A stretch of DNA of 64,000 nucleotides, taken from the NCBI GenBank assembly GCA_964035545.1, contig OZ037767.1, forward strand, positions 11,914,581 through 11,978,580, in the 5' to 3' direction. Within the stretch, counting starts at the first letter, position 1, and each line of letters opens with the position of its first letter. The notes below the pieces were generated by a model that searched no databases, was not told the DNA's origin, and was given only the letters and a program-made list of their open reading frames with translations. This DNA comes from Bugula neritina. Lineage: Eukaryota; Animalia; Bryozoa. Both the position numbers and the translations under genes were made by a program. Of this stretch, positions 40,085 to 54,200 are shown piece after piece.

Positions 40085-43000
40085 TCAAGGTTTAACTTTT
40101 CCGCTATACACTGATAACAGCAGTTCCATTTTATGAGTAAAGTTACGTCCTGTCATCTTGTCCATGTCTACTTGACGAAAAGATTGACGGAGAAGAGCCC
40201 ACTTCTTGTCTGTGATTAGAGAATCAGTGAGGAAATCGCTTTGACCTTTCTCAGATACAAGCACTTCTAATCCAGAAACTGTATTAGCTCTCACGGCCAG
40301 TGCACTAGATGTGACCAAAACATATAAATCACTAAATACGTAGAAAACACATGCTAGTCATGGCAGACATGATAATCCTTTCCCTCTCTGGTATTAGTAG
40401 CAGACACTGCTGCAGTAACAAGTCAAGTCAGTATACAAAAAGTTATATAAAATACAAGTCATAGCCTTAGAGCTTAATGTTACATAAGGACAATTTTGAC
40501 AGAAAGGCATACCTGCTGCCGTCAGAGGAGGATACGAGGATACTGGGGCTAGTGCCAAACACTTCTGCCTGGTAACTGGTTGAATTATAAGTGTAGGAGA
40601 GAACATTACAGCCCAGTGTGGTGGAGAGTCTGTATACAGCTTTGATCTGGTACTGGCTGACCTGCAGTAGAATACAAGATTATAGTATTTAGAGTAGCTA
40701 TAGTAGCTAGAGTATTCAGAGTAGCTATAGTATTTAGAGTAGCTATAGTAGCTAGAGTATTCAGAGTAGCTATAGTATTTAGAGTAGCTATAGTAGCTAG
40801 AGTAGCTATAGTTGTTAAAGGAGCTATAGTAGCTAGAGTATTCAGAGTAGCTATAGTATTTAGAGTAGCTAAAGTAGTTAGAGTATTTAGAGTAGTTAGA
40901 GCAGCTACAGTATTGAGAGTAGTTAGAGTAGTTAGAGTATTTAGAGTAGTTAGAGTAGCTACAGTATTCAGAGTAGTTAGAGTATTTAGAGTAGTTAGAG
41001 CAGCTACAGTATTGAGAGTAGTTAGAGTAGCTACAGTATTCAGAGTAGTTAGAGTAGCTACAGTATTGAGAGTAGTTAGAGTAGTTATAGTATTTAGAGT
41101 AGTTATAGTAGTTAGAGTATTTAGAGTAGTTAGAGTAGTTATAGTATTCAGAGTAGTTAGAGTATTTAGAGTAGTTAGAGTATTTAGAGTAGTTGGAGTA
41201 TTTAGAGTAGTTAGAGTAGCTACAGTATTGAGAGTAGTTAGAGTATTTAGAGTAGTTAGAGTAGCTACAGTATTGAGAGTAGTTAGAGTAGTTATAGTAT
41301 TTAGAGTAGTTAGAGTATTTAGAGTAGTTAGAGTAGCTACAGTATTGAGAGTAGTTAGAGTATTTAGAGTAGATACAGTATTGAGAGTAGTTAGAGTATT
41401 TAGAGTAGTTAGAGTAGCTCCAGTATTGAGAGTAGTTAGAGTAGTTAGAGTATTGAGAGTAGTTAGAGTAGTTAGAGTATTGAGAGTAGTTAGAGTAGTT
41501 AGAGTATTGAGAGTAGTTAGAGTAGTTATAGTAGTTAGAGTAGTTATAGTATTTAGAGTAGTTATAGTAGTTAGAGTAGCTATAGTAGTTAGAGTATTTA
41601 GAGTAGTTAGAGTAGTTAGAGCAGCTACAGTATTGGGAGTAGTTAGAGTAGTTAGAGTAGCTAAAGTAGTTAGAGTATTTAGAGTAGTTAGAGCAGCTAC
41701 AGTATTGGGAGTAGTTAGAGTAGTTATAGTATTTAGAGTAGTTAGAGCAGCTACAGTATTGGGAGTAGTTAGAGTAGTTATAGTATTTAGAGTAGTTATA
41801 GTAGTTAGAGTAGCTCCAGTAGCCGGCGCTGTTGATAAATTGCATGCATTGTGCACAATTTATAAATTTCAGAAATGAAATGAGCAATTTACAAGTCCTG
41901 TAGTTCAATATTATAGCATGACTTCCTTCTTTCAAGCTAAGCATTGTGTACTTTGTCATGAAGTGAGAAAAAGATTTCCCTTAAACCTGAGCTAATTAAT
42001 CCATTTTCCATTTATACTTTACTCAACTGTCTCAATTTCATAACAAATAAGATGAAAATAACTCCTTTCTCCGCCTCTATATTCAAAGTATCAGCAAAAA
42101 TCTGAACGCAGATCACAGTGACAATCAGAAGCAGTAAAATGTATCTATCCACTAAAAAAGAATCCAATCCATCAATATTTCTATAAGTTAACCAAATATA
42201 AGAGGAAGTAGAGAATAAATAGCAGACCTGCCACATGATATAATCCTCCAACCTTTGAGATTCATGAGACAAACTAATCTCTATGCCAGACTTGCCAATA
42301 GCAGTTACTTTTCCTTTACATATTCTAATGATGAACCATGACCTGTAAGTTAAAACAGCTTACCTGCAGTTACTATGCCAATTTAATGCAACAGGTAACC
42401 CTGTTAGGGAGATCAACCTTGTCAACTGAAAACTATTCCACAGTGAAACATTTACTGAGAGACTGAACAGTAAAAGAGGAAGTAAGAAAACTTCATGTAT
42501 CTTTATTAGACTTGCTCTGGTTTCCATTGCTTCGCATTACACGAATGGATTCTTTATTCAATATTAGGAAACAGTTGCATTGAATGAAACCAAACAATAA
42601 GTTCATGCAAACTGCAACCCTAAATTCATCCGTATAGAACCATTTGAAGCAATGGGAACGCAGTGTATGAGTTTGTAAGGAGATGGTTTACTTGATGAGG
42701 TCATAGCTGGGCGAGGTGATGGTGACTCGCAAGGATGAGTTGAGTGCATCACTGAGACCGTCTGTGTGTATGTGAAGGAGGGGGTCACTGATGGTGAGGG
42801 CCAGGTGCTCTATAGTCTCTGTTACCATCAGTCTAAGCACAACGTTCCTGCCCATGTCAATAATCTTCTCCAACACACTCTCCCTGTGAATGTATCATAC
42901 CAGTGAGTTGTTTGTATTGAATAAATTCCTATTACAGCACTACTGCACTAGTATATTGCAGCGCTACTACACTATTGTATTGCAGCACCGCTGTACTGCA

Positions 43001-46000
43001 GTATTACTACACTACTTTATTGCAGCACTACTGCACTACTGTATTGCATCACTACTGCACTACTGTATTGCAGTACTACTACACTACTGTATTGCAGCAC
43101 CGCTGTACTGCAGTATTACTACACTACTGTATTGAAAACTACTGTACGAATGCACTACTGTATCAATGCAATGCAGTACTACTTCACCAACACACTACTG
43201 TAATGCAGCACTACTGCACTACTGAACTAAGCGACTACACAATAAAGTACAACAACTTACTGGAAAGGATTCTCATAAGAGAGAAGTTCACTGCGAGATG
43301 TGGCGTTAGGGCCGGCTAGCCGACGCCTTTTCGTAGGTCCAATGGAGCTGGTGATGGGATGCGGAAGATCTCGGTGTAGGGAGTTGTAATGCTGAGCTCT
43401 GAGCAGCTGGTGGAGGGCCAACTGTAAGACGGGGTCAGACACTGGGGGTACAGCATCTGCAGCCTGAAACATCACACAATATAAACACGTGACAGAATAT
43501 AAACATATGAAACAATATAAATACATCACAGAATATAATATACAAGCGCTGTAAGGGGATGCAATGAAACTAGCAGATGATTCGACTCTACAAACCTTGT
43601 CTTCAGTGTTACTGTGTACAAACATGATGTGCATCTTAAACCCAGGAAAGAGCTGCAAACACAACGAATAGCATGTTAGGACAAGCATGCATCTTCTTAT
43701 TGCAGTTCACAACAAAACTAGACATTGAGTTAAGGAGAGAAGTGAAGGCAGACATTCAGTTTAGGAGGAAGTAGAGACACTCACGTGAATAATGACCTGG
43801 TTGTTGGCTACCATGTGGGATACGGAGGAGTTGAGTTTAAAAGCCTCCCGGCAGAGCTACAAAAACAGTATGAGGGCCACATGAAACTCACAAAGCCAAC
43901 AACACTGGTTTCCATAGATTATTCAGTGAAAATATCAGATAGAGTTTATATAATATATTCTACTGTGTGATTGCGTGATGTAACCTAATAGCCATCAATG
44001 GTCATAATGTAATAACACAAAATACATGTATGACTTATATTACTCACATACACTATATATTATCACATATATTACTTAAACACACTTTACATATTATCAC
44101 ATGCATATATTACTTACAAACACTACATATTATAACATATATGACTCACACACTACATATTATAACATATATGACTCACACACTACATATTATCACATAT
44201 ATTACTCACAAACTACATATTATCACATATATAACTCACACACACGACATATTATCACAGATATTACCCACACACACTACATATTACCACATATATAACA
44301 TATTGACAGTAGAGTTACAGACCTGAGAGAACAACTCTTTACAGTAGATGACATTCTGTGCAGCATCTAGTTTGGTTTGCCATCTATTGGAACTGTTTAC
44401 AAGAGTGGGTAACCTCTGAGGTACAGTTAGCATGGCATTCAGCTTAGATATGCTGTCCTCGGGGCTGGTCATGTGTATAGACACCTGGATGTAGGCACTA
44501 CCTTCCAACTCCGGCGGCAATCGCACGTCTATAGCTCCCCCAGACGGCTGAATACTGACTTTCTTAAACACCTCAAAAGTTCCTTTATGCCAGAAGGCAG
44601 AGCCAGCTGTAAATAACAGCATCTTTATAATGCGATAAAGAAAATAGTACAAGACATAAACGCTCATATAACCTAGTAGCCTCCATCACAACTGCTAATC
44701 CAGCACTTCCCTTGGTTTAATGACAGCACGTCAAATGTTGGCAGCAGAGCACCTTAACCCTCAGGAGCACCAGCTCCTTCCTAAATCACCAGATAACAAC
44801 TCACCAGACTTGTAGCTCAGGTCTCCAATGATGTGCTGCCCAACCCGCTTGATACGCCACTGCTGCCGTAGAGCCCACAACTCGGAGTAGAACTCTGACT
44901 GCTTCTGAGAGCTGTCCACAGTCTCCTTGTGAATGCCTTTTATCTTCTCGGCACCCAGAGAGAAGATCACACTGGCATTCTGCATAGCCTGCATCATAAT
45001 CATGCATTTCAGTGCAACTTCTGTCAGCTGTTTTCATTTCACTATTTGAAAATGGTGAGAAATTTATTCAGTAAAAAGCAAATAAACATTGTATCTGCAG
45101 AAAAGGTTTTCAGCATAGAAATTTTGAAACAAATCTATAAAATAGAAGAAATTTGCAAACAACTTATCACTGAACTCACCTGTCTTCTAGTTACAAGCTG
45201 GTAAGCTGATTTAGATTCAGAAAAATCGTTTCCAATCTTATCTAAGACCATTAGGCGCTTCTCCTTGGCGATGGCTAAGCAGTCTGACAGCACGTCCATT
45301 TCAGTGAGGGATGAGCTATAACAATATCAGACAATACAATTGAGGGAGTTAACAGGAAAACATGAAAGTCAATAACATCAGTTTATTCTGATTGAACAGC
45401 CCTCTTTTGTCAAGCAACCAGATACAGGTGTAAATAATTTGTATAGCAGGGAACCCTAAATTTGTGTAAGTAACTTGTACTCCTTACGTCTATAACAACT
45501 AATCTCACTTATTTAATATGAAACTACAATTTTCACAAAGCAATGTTTAGCTTTGAATGTTATTACAGAAAAGTTTGAATAAAGCACAAGTATCATTGCT
45601 ACTTGGTAGATGTGTATGTTCGCGGTCAGATTAGCTTATCGTGGTCTGTTTAGAAGGAATGGAGAATGTAATTACAGATACTCCATAAATAAAGCCCATA
45701 AAATTCCTAATAATTTTCATGTTATAATAAAAACACATAAAGACAAAGCTGGAAGAAAAGGCAGCTTTAAATAAAAAAACTACTTTGCTTACGCTAGTGC
45801 ATTTCGAAGCCATTCCCATGGCCAGATTTTAGGCTGTTTTGCTTCAATTGCTTTATCTTTGTTTATTAGCTCTTCTTTCTTGCTGCTATCTTCTTCTTTT
45901 TTCTCCCCAAAGTCAATTAGTTGAGCCAATTTGGCCAAATTATCAGACAGGTGCATTGGTCTGCATAAACAAAATATATGGTTGCAACGATACAGTTAGT

Positions 46001-46559
46001 TACTACTAATTTATAACACTTAATTATCACAGCAGAAGAACATACCGGCAATAACAAAAGAGATGAAAAACTCCATTGATGGCCCAAATAAAATTGATGC
46101 GTATCTGCAATAACTACATTATGCCTGCTTGTTTAGAGTTCAATAATAAAAGTGAACACATGCTTGATATAGATTAGCAAGCAGATTCAAATGTTATTGC
46201 AAAACCTACTTACTAATATTTATTAAAAAATCCAGTAAAAATAGTTCTGAAGCATAGAGAAAGAAATTTAAAAGGGGTCTTATTGAGTAATGCTGATAGC
46301 GAGCATAAATATATATAAAATAGTAGCTGTGTGAGACCATAAAACCTATAACACATTCGATTAAAATTGTACACAGTAAAACATTTTTAGTAAAAAGAAA
46401 ATTAAAAAGACTAGAATAAGCACTAATAATATTAAGCATATTTATAATCATATAAATGTTTTCACACATCACAGTCTTTTCTGTTCCATCATATGAGATC
46501 TCCTGGATTTCGTTCTCAGCAAGTGGCTCCAAGGATACCCTGTGACTACCAGTCGCCAT
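40085..46559 (-). CDS. MED17: Mediator of RNA polymerase II transcription subunit 17
   Basis: 12 exons (46559-46468, 45960-45793, 45315-45180, 44988-44805, 44606-44323, 43856-43785, 43652-43596, 43463-43261, 42883-42692, 42342-42228, 40661-40513, 40304-40085) sum to 1872 nt (623 aa). Motifs: EISYDGTE, LSDNLAKLAQLIDF, WPWEWLRN, LRQQWR...IIGDLSYKSAGS, AQNVIYCKELFSQL.REA, KMTGRNFTHKMELLLS. Confidence 0.96.
40680..41820. repeat. 9-bp-unit combinatorial satellite in the penultimate MED17 intron
   Basis: ~125 phased units drawn from agagtagtt, agagtattt, agagtagct, acagtattg, atagtattt and related variants. Confidence 0.97.
42930..43240. repeat. ~24-bp minisatellite (tattgcagcactactgcactactg) in a MED17 intron
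   Basis: Degenerate tandem copies are visible. Confidence 0.9.
44030..44300. repeat. ~30-bp minisatellite (cacactacatattatcacatatattactca) in a MED17 intron
   Basis: Degenerate tandem copies are visible. Confidence 0.9.
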
Positions 46560-47379
46560 TTCCACATCAACTGCAAAAATCAATATACTTTTGACTTATA
46601 CATTATAACTTATATGAAAAAGTTATATCACTTATATGAGAAATAAACAAAATATAATAACATTATTAAGGTAATAGTGATAATAATTATATTGATGGTA
46701 AGCATTTTGACGTAATCATAATAAAGTGTGTTCTTAAAACTATAGCCAGTATTATATATAGCAAAAATCAATAATACAATTCCATTACAATATTTATCTA
46801 TATAGGTTTATTGATATTTATGACACTTTAAAATATGTGAATTACTACATAAACTATCACCAATTGCAATATGCCACAATTATTAGCACTTTATTATGTG
46901 CAGAATTAATGAATTGAATATGCAAAAAAAAGAGAGAGCATGAACCACAATTATTTTCTAAAAGTAAAAATCAACAGACAGAAGCATTGGCTACATTTTC
47001 AACGCTATAGCCTTTCATAGTCTCATTGATCTGAGCCTGTAATATCTCACTAAGTTATCAATGAAAAAATCTAACTAGTACATGTAGCTACAAGTAGAAA
47101 TAAAAACTTAGGCTTGCAATTTACAAATTGAAAACAATGGGTGCTATTTATTTTTTTAATAATTCATGTAACTATAACTATAACTGTCACTACCACTGTA
47201 AATACATTATGTCAGATTTCCACTTATCATTATGCTTATAATTATTTATAGACTAACAGTAGCACTAAAACAAATTCATTACTATCATAAAACAGCAAAA
47301 CCTTGCAAGAAATAATAATAATAGTAACAATAATACCCTTAGGGCTTACAGTGTTTTTAATAAACAGCTAGTGATACTC

Positions 47380-49400
47380 ATAGTCATACTGATAATGATG
47401 ATCATGATTATTGACATTAATATTGGCGCTGATAGTATATGACCACTATGCGTATAGCTATAAGTATTAGTTCTACTGTTAGATTAGTTATAATACAATT
47501 ATTATTACAATTATTATATTGCATCAAGTTCAACTATTACATCTAGTTCTACTACTACTCATAGTCAATGTCTTACTGCAACTGTTACTACATATACTTA
47601 TAGTGCAACTACTTCTACCAGTACCACTAGCAACAGCAGCATTAGTAGTAGTTGCGGTAGTAGGCTAGTAGTAGGCTAGTACTGTAGCAGTAGTAACAGT
47701 GATAGTAGCAGTAGTAGCAGCAGTGGCAGCAGCAGCAGCAGCAGCAGCAGTAGACGTAGTAGACTAGTAGTAGTAGTATCAGTATGAGTATTACTAGTAC
47801 AGTACTAGTAGTAGTAGTACTAGTAGTAAACAGACTACTGACTGTTACTGTTAGTAATACTTAGTTTTGTAATTATACTAATACTGTAATAGTAATACTG
47901 ACTAATAGTATAACTATAAGTAATACTAATAGTAATACTAATACTAATAGTAATAGTAATATCAATAGGCTACATTAGTGTATTACTATAACTTGAACTA
48001 TAGAGTATAGTTATACTAATACTTAGCGTAAAACTAAAACTAAGTCTAATAGTTATAGTAGCAATACCAATGCACTAAAGTCTGAGATTAATGAAAACAA
48101 TTTTCATATCTTTAACGTCAAAGAAACCTTGTGCAATCTGAGGGATTTGAACTGTTCTAAGCGCAGCTTCGAGTTGGTGGTAAGGAACGGTTTTAGTTAG
48201 AGGTCCGACATTAAAGTTTCCTCTCCAACCCGGGACCTCCCAAATTACTGCGCTCATTTTCTACCGATTCAGAGCTGCTTATAGAATCGTTCGACGGATA
48301 GAATCGGTAGTTCGAACTTAAAAAAATGCTGGAGATTCCGATGCTGTTTGGTATGGGGATCAATGGTAATTTAAATCCCAAATTTCACAGTCACAGCTCA
48401 AGTTTTTTTTGTACCAAATGATCAAATTGATTTGTTAAATTCACGCATTCACAGAACTTGTAGAATACCAATATGAATTTACCTCGCAGGCTTGCAATAT
48501 ACTCGCACTCACACTCACTCTCAGTGCAGCTGTCAGTGTCACGGATACCGATGGCGATAGTCATACTCAATCTCATACTCATAGTGATAGTACCAGTCTC
48601 GAGCTGGTGGTATCAGTATCAGTATGGTAGTTTTGGTAATATCAAATATCGTAATGATTAATGATATTGATACTCAGCTTCATAGTGATAGTCATGTTGA
48701 TCATCATTATGATTATGATAAACTCATTATGAATATGATTATGTCATAATATTAATAATAACTAAATAAGTAATAACAATAATCAATACTGATACTAATA
48801 GTAATAGTAATACTGATAGTCATAGTGATAGTGATACTGAACCTGAGGCTGATGGTCACAGTTTGAGATTTAGTTTGGCTTTCAGTTTCACTTTGAGTTT
48901 CAGCCTGGGTTACTTATACTATTTCACTCAAGTTTGACTTTCACTTTCAGCTTGGAGTTGACTGTAATCGTAGATCTAGATGACCAACACCAAGCTGAAC
49001 CTCAAACAAAAGGGCTAAGCAGCTAAGGTGAACAGCCTTTTGAAATTTAATCCAAACAGCTAACAGTAACACTGATTTCTTTACATATGATCATAACACC
49101 ATTATAATATTAAATTTAACAATAAATATTATGTTTGTGTTAAAATTTTTGGCATAGACCTACTCATAAATGGTAAGATTAACATAGACTTAAAGTTATA
49201 CTTATTTTATTATTTTTTCATATTCATATTGACATTCTGATAGTCATACTACCTAATAGTGATACTTATAGTTATACTTACAGACCATCGTTATACTGAG
49301 TATCAGTCATACTGATGCTGATGATCATACTCATAGTGATACTGATAGCGATTATTTAGTGTGCTTATGCTTATCAATTCTAAATGTACTCACCTATACT
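47380..49400. promoter_or_regulatory. Candidate promoter region between divergent MED17 and aminopeptidase genes: high-complexity core (~48075-48540) flanked by 3/6-bp-periodic tracts
   Basis: It lies between head-to-head genes, and its core is richer in CpG than the flanks. MED17 has an acceptor just upstream of its ATG (~46572), implying an upstream 5'UTR exon, and a minus-strand donor-like gag|gtaaat sits at ~48482. No TSS is directly shown. Confidence 0.35.
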
Positions 49401-51284
49401 GATAATCATGATTAAAGTAAAATAAATCAATAGTAGGTAATACGAATAACAAAATTTTTCGAATTCTATCTTAATGTTATTGTTAATGTACATTAAAAAC
49501 CTTTTTAATAACTAATTTCATTATTGCAACTGAAAGTCAAGATGATTGTCAGTTGAATAATAATCACTATTATTATTAATATTTGTTACTATAATGTTGT
49601 TGCTCCTAGTCTGCTACACTGGTGTCCTATGTAAACTAATTAGACTTAGACTTAGTAAGTGCAGTAAATTGAGTTTGCTTGAGTTTGCCTTACGATTAGA
49701 GTAAAATACCAAAGAAAATATTGCTATGTTTACGTCATTCAAAGATTATAGCATTACATTTACACTAAATTTATATAGCTATCATCATAATCACTAAGTT
49801 AAGCACTTGCAAAAAGTGCGAGACGAGTAGACATTCATGCTGGTAGGTTACTACTTATAGTATTGCTGTACTAAAGTTATGGCTTTTTATGTCAATTTTT
49901 CTTACCAATAATTTTTAATTGATGGTTTACCTTCACTTTGTATAACCATCACTGGAACTATAGTCTAGCTAACAAGTGTTCAGTGTAAGTCAAGCATAGC
50001 AACAGCTTTAAATTATAAATTGAAATGAAAAATATGGATGAATGCGATTTCTTGTCAATCTAGTTTTTATTTCAAACAGTTACATAATTTTACTTGGTCT
50101 GAAGCCTGATGAGTAAGTTTCAGTTTAGTTTCTAGCAAATTATTTATGTTGCAACTGTTTTTTGGCAATTTGTTGTGGTGGTAAGTAAAGCTAGGAGAAA
50201 GATTTTACAATCTCTCAACAAGTTAATAATAGAATTATAGAATTTGTCCAAAATACTGCATGGGCTTGTTTGTTACTTGTTATACCCTTGTTTTGCATCA
50301 AATGTGGTGAAGTTTTATAAGTAGAAAACCACATTTTTTAGCAAACTCAATACAACAAATAATTAATCTAGATTTTATAATATATAGCAATATCCAGCTG
50401 TAATATTTTCTTTTGCTATAACTATAGTCACAACTGCTTGTTTTTTATTTTGTAGTTAATGTATGATGTAGTTTCAATTCAAATTATTATCTTTATAATA
50501 ATCATTGTTGACTTACAGAAAATCCACTTAATACAATAGTTTTACAGTTATTGTATTATTTATGTTCTAGTGTTTGTCCCAACATTATTATATATTGAAG
50601 GCTGTGCTAGATTTACTGATTAAATTACTGAATCATTTATGTTTTTATGATTGTTTAATGTGTATGTGTTTGTTTCTCACTACTTTATATTTATTATAGA
50701 CTTTGAAAGAAGCATTTTGTAGTAATATCTTTTGCTTTTCAAGCATTGTGTTAAATATATTTTATAGTTTACTGGCAGATTTTATAATGTTTGTACCAGA
50801 CTGTTTGGTAATGAAAAGCATGCGTTATGGATCGTTCTTCTGCAGCCTGTGAAGTAAATTCACATCTCACTTCATATTTGGGTGTCATAAATTTAAGCTT
50901 CTTTTTAATGAACATAGTGTCATGTGGAGTTTTTAAGTTGTATTTTAGAATAATTTTTAGAATTTATGCTTACATATATGGCAAATGGCTTTTAATTAAC
51001 TACAGTAAAACTATGTCTTAAAATTATTTTTGCAATCTTTAGCTTTTAATATTTAAGCAAACTAATACAGGAAGTTTTTTTAACTTTAATGGGCTTCGGT
51101 TGAAATGAAAACTACTTATTACTGTTGAACTTGTAGAACACCCAGTAATGGAGCAACTAAAACTGTGACTCAAAGGCTAAAGTTAGACTGAAGTTTAAAT
51201 ACCAGATTCAAGCTGAAAGCTCTCTGAACTGGACAATAGCTAACCAAGCTAATAGGACATAGAGGTGCATACGGCAGAAATATC

Positions 51285-54200
51285 ATGTCTGAACTAGAAG
51301 AGGTATCTTTTTGGCCTGGTGAGCAATTTTAACTCTTTATTCACAATAAACTTTAGTTTCATAAAATTTTAATTTTCAGTTTCTTTGGTTTCATCTGATT
51401 AAATTTAAAGAATCCCTGACACACTTCTCACTTATGCAGTATTAAAATATTCATACATATATTGTTTTTCATCTACGTACTGTTTTAAGGTTGTATGTCT
51501 AAATAATTTTGTTTTAAGGTGAATTTTGTGCTAGTAAGTGCTGGAGTGATTTAGGATTTCTGATCACTTGCCGATGACTTTTCTGAGATGGCTTGAAAGT
51601 TAAAACTTTGAACTTCAGAGCTATATCAGCAATTAGGCTGTGCAGTGCAGCATTAAAAATAGCATGCAATGAAAGTTAACTATAATTAGTATAAGTTATA
51701 TCATAGCAGTAGAGTCAATGCCAACTGGAAACGTCATCAGCAAGTGATCAGAAATCTCAAATCATTTCAGCACTTACTCGCACAAAATTCACCATAAAAC
51801 AAAATTATTTAGACATATAACCTTAAAACAGTACGTAGATGAAAAATAATACATGCAAGAATATTTTAATACTGCACAAGTGAGAAGTGTGTCAGAGATT
51901 CTTTAATTAAGATAGTTTCCTTACAGAGTAAAAGTATAAATGTTTAGTAAACGAGCAATTTTTTATTATGTACACATTATCTATGTAGTAATAGTTTTAG
52001 ATGCACACACATCAATGCAAGTAAAATATAGCTAAATTCTGTTGCAAATTTTTCTATGTATGGACCTTATAACCATTTCTGCATATATTTGGTGTATAAG
52101 GAAAGTAATTATGAAAATATATATTTTTTAGTAAAATGTAAGAATTGGTATAGTATCATTGTAGACAAAAATTTGTAACTGTTAGTATCATGCACTGGAA
52201 ATTTCAGTTTTTTATACTTTTTGGAAAGAATATCACTTGAGCTTATTTCAACTCAATTAACTTGGTGTTCCTCTTTACACTCTTTCTAGCAGTTGGAACT
52301 GTAGTTTAATTATCTACTTGTCAATATTTTGACAGTCTCTCATGTAACATTAGCAGTGGTCTAGGGGTTAAATCGTTTGCTTAGTGAACAGGAAGTCATG
52401 GGTTCTGAACCCAACAAAGGCCATTGGTGATGTTAGGAAGAGCATCCGGTCATAATTGCTCCTGTGCCTCATCTAAACAAGTCCTTAGCCTGTTATAACG
52501 AAAACCTTTTCCATCAGGAGTTTCTCACAGGGATAGTGACTGTAAACTTGCATGATTTTTTTATGTAGCATTAGCTATTTACATTGCATCAATTTCTAGG
52601 TCAAAGCTCATATGGCTCTTGGAATGGTAAGTATTACTGGTCTCAGCAAGTATTAATATTCTATACGTAGTAAGCGATAGCCGTGTGCTCTTTATGTATG
52701 TTTACTATCATTGCATTTCTCTCCTGTATATATAAGGAAGGCATGAGGGGAGGGGGAGTAACTTGCAGCTTACCACTGAAAACATACCCTCAACTTTTAC
52801 TTTCACATGAACTCAATTTTAGTAATGCAGCTGTAATGATTCTGCAGTTGAAAGCTTCTATTAGTGCTATATTTTCAAAAGGTTTAAAGTAGCAATTTTG
52901 AAGTAAGCCAGTGAAATGCTTCATTTCCTGTAATAGTCAGCTGGCAAGTGAACCAAGTTTTAAAGATGTTCTTGTGTGTTTAAACAGATGCAATTTACCA
53001 AAATATGTGGTTTTTGTGAACTAAAATGTTATTAATGGTTGAAATGCATCTCCTACTTTACTATTATCTGAATCTTGGGATGGTGGTGGGTGGCTTTAAC
53101 TGCTGTCCTGTCGCTGCCTCACTATCTCTCCCTCACTATCTCTCCCAACAGTCCAAACTAATTCAAGAAGTATATGTAAAAATTGAAAATGTTGGAATAA
53201 ATCTAAGCAAACCTAATCTTATATTTGAGGTCATACTGTAGTAGAGCTGTCTATATGCTAAATTGACTTGGCTTGACAACTGTTATTTCCATACCCCATA
53301 GACACATTTTGTCATAGTGTAGCCCAAATAATATTTTGAATGCTGATGTAGTGGGGTACCTTGCAGGCAGTGCTGATGGTTCGTACTCAAGAGTGGGTGG
53401 TGCTATGCACAAAGAGGTGTCATGTCGAAAGAGGACAGTTGTTGTTATAGCAGTTGTGGTGTGCATACTCTTTATTATCGGCATATCTATTCCAGCAGGT
53501 AAGATTATACCTGAGATTTAGCGTTGCTTTAGTACTTGTTTTCAAATATACAACTGTTGCTGTTCAAATAAAATTGTGTATATTGTCAGCAGTGGAAATG
53601 ACATTTAATTTCCATATCTGCTAGCAATGTGCTACAGGTATATATGTTAGCAATGTGCTACAGGTATATATGTTAGCAATGGGCAGTACCTTTTTAACAG
53701 GGATGTTGCAGCATTTAAAAAACAAAGAAGAGGTGAAGGAATTGCCTGTCAGTACTGATAAACCATCAACCACCTCTCTAAAATCAAGTACAGCTCAGCC
53801 TAGCCCTAGTCCTCATTCTCCAAAGTGGAGCTCCCAGAGACTGCCCCGCACACTTTCTGTTTCAGAGTAAGTATTATTCCTTTATAGCAATTAAGATTAC
53901 TAGTTGTTGTAGTGATCGCTACCTTTCACTTGACTTGCATGCACTTCTACATGCAGTTGTAATACAGTAATACTATTTTATTCTATATACAGTTATAATA
54001 CAGTAACAATATTTTATTCTACATAGAGTTATAATACAATAATACTATTTTATTCTACATAGAGTTATAATACAATAATACTATTTTATTCTACATGTAG
54101 TTATAATACAGTAATATTATTTTGTCTCAGGTACAATATAAAGCTTACAATGAAAGTCCTGAATGATACAAATCATATACCCTATAATGGAACTGTTGAT

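Noticed and set aside
40680-41820. CRISPR-like array
   Set aside because: No unique spacers and no cas genes; eukaryotic intron context
40394-41959. 521-, 416- and 321-aa ORFs as real proteins
   Set aside because: They are by-products of a stop-free 9-bp satellite inside a MED17 intron, and one overlaps a MED17 exon out of frame
52351-52425. tRNA gene
   Set aside because: The cloverleaf is degenerate and continues into a SINE body; a second decayed copy exists
53621-53680. 26-bp tandem duplication containing CAG|GT as micro-exons or recursive splice sites
   Set aside because: The 13-nt units would shift the frame and the flanking exons already join in phase; most simply a local duplication
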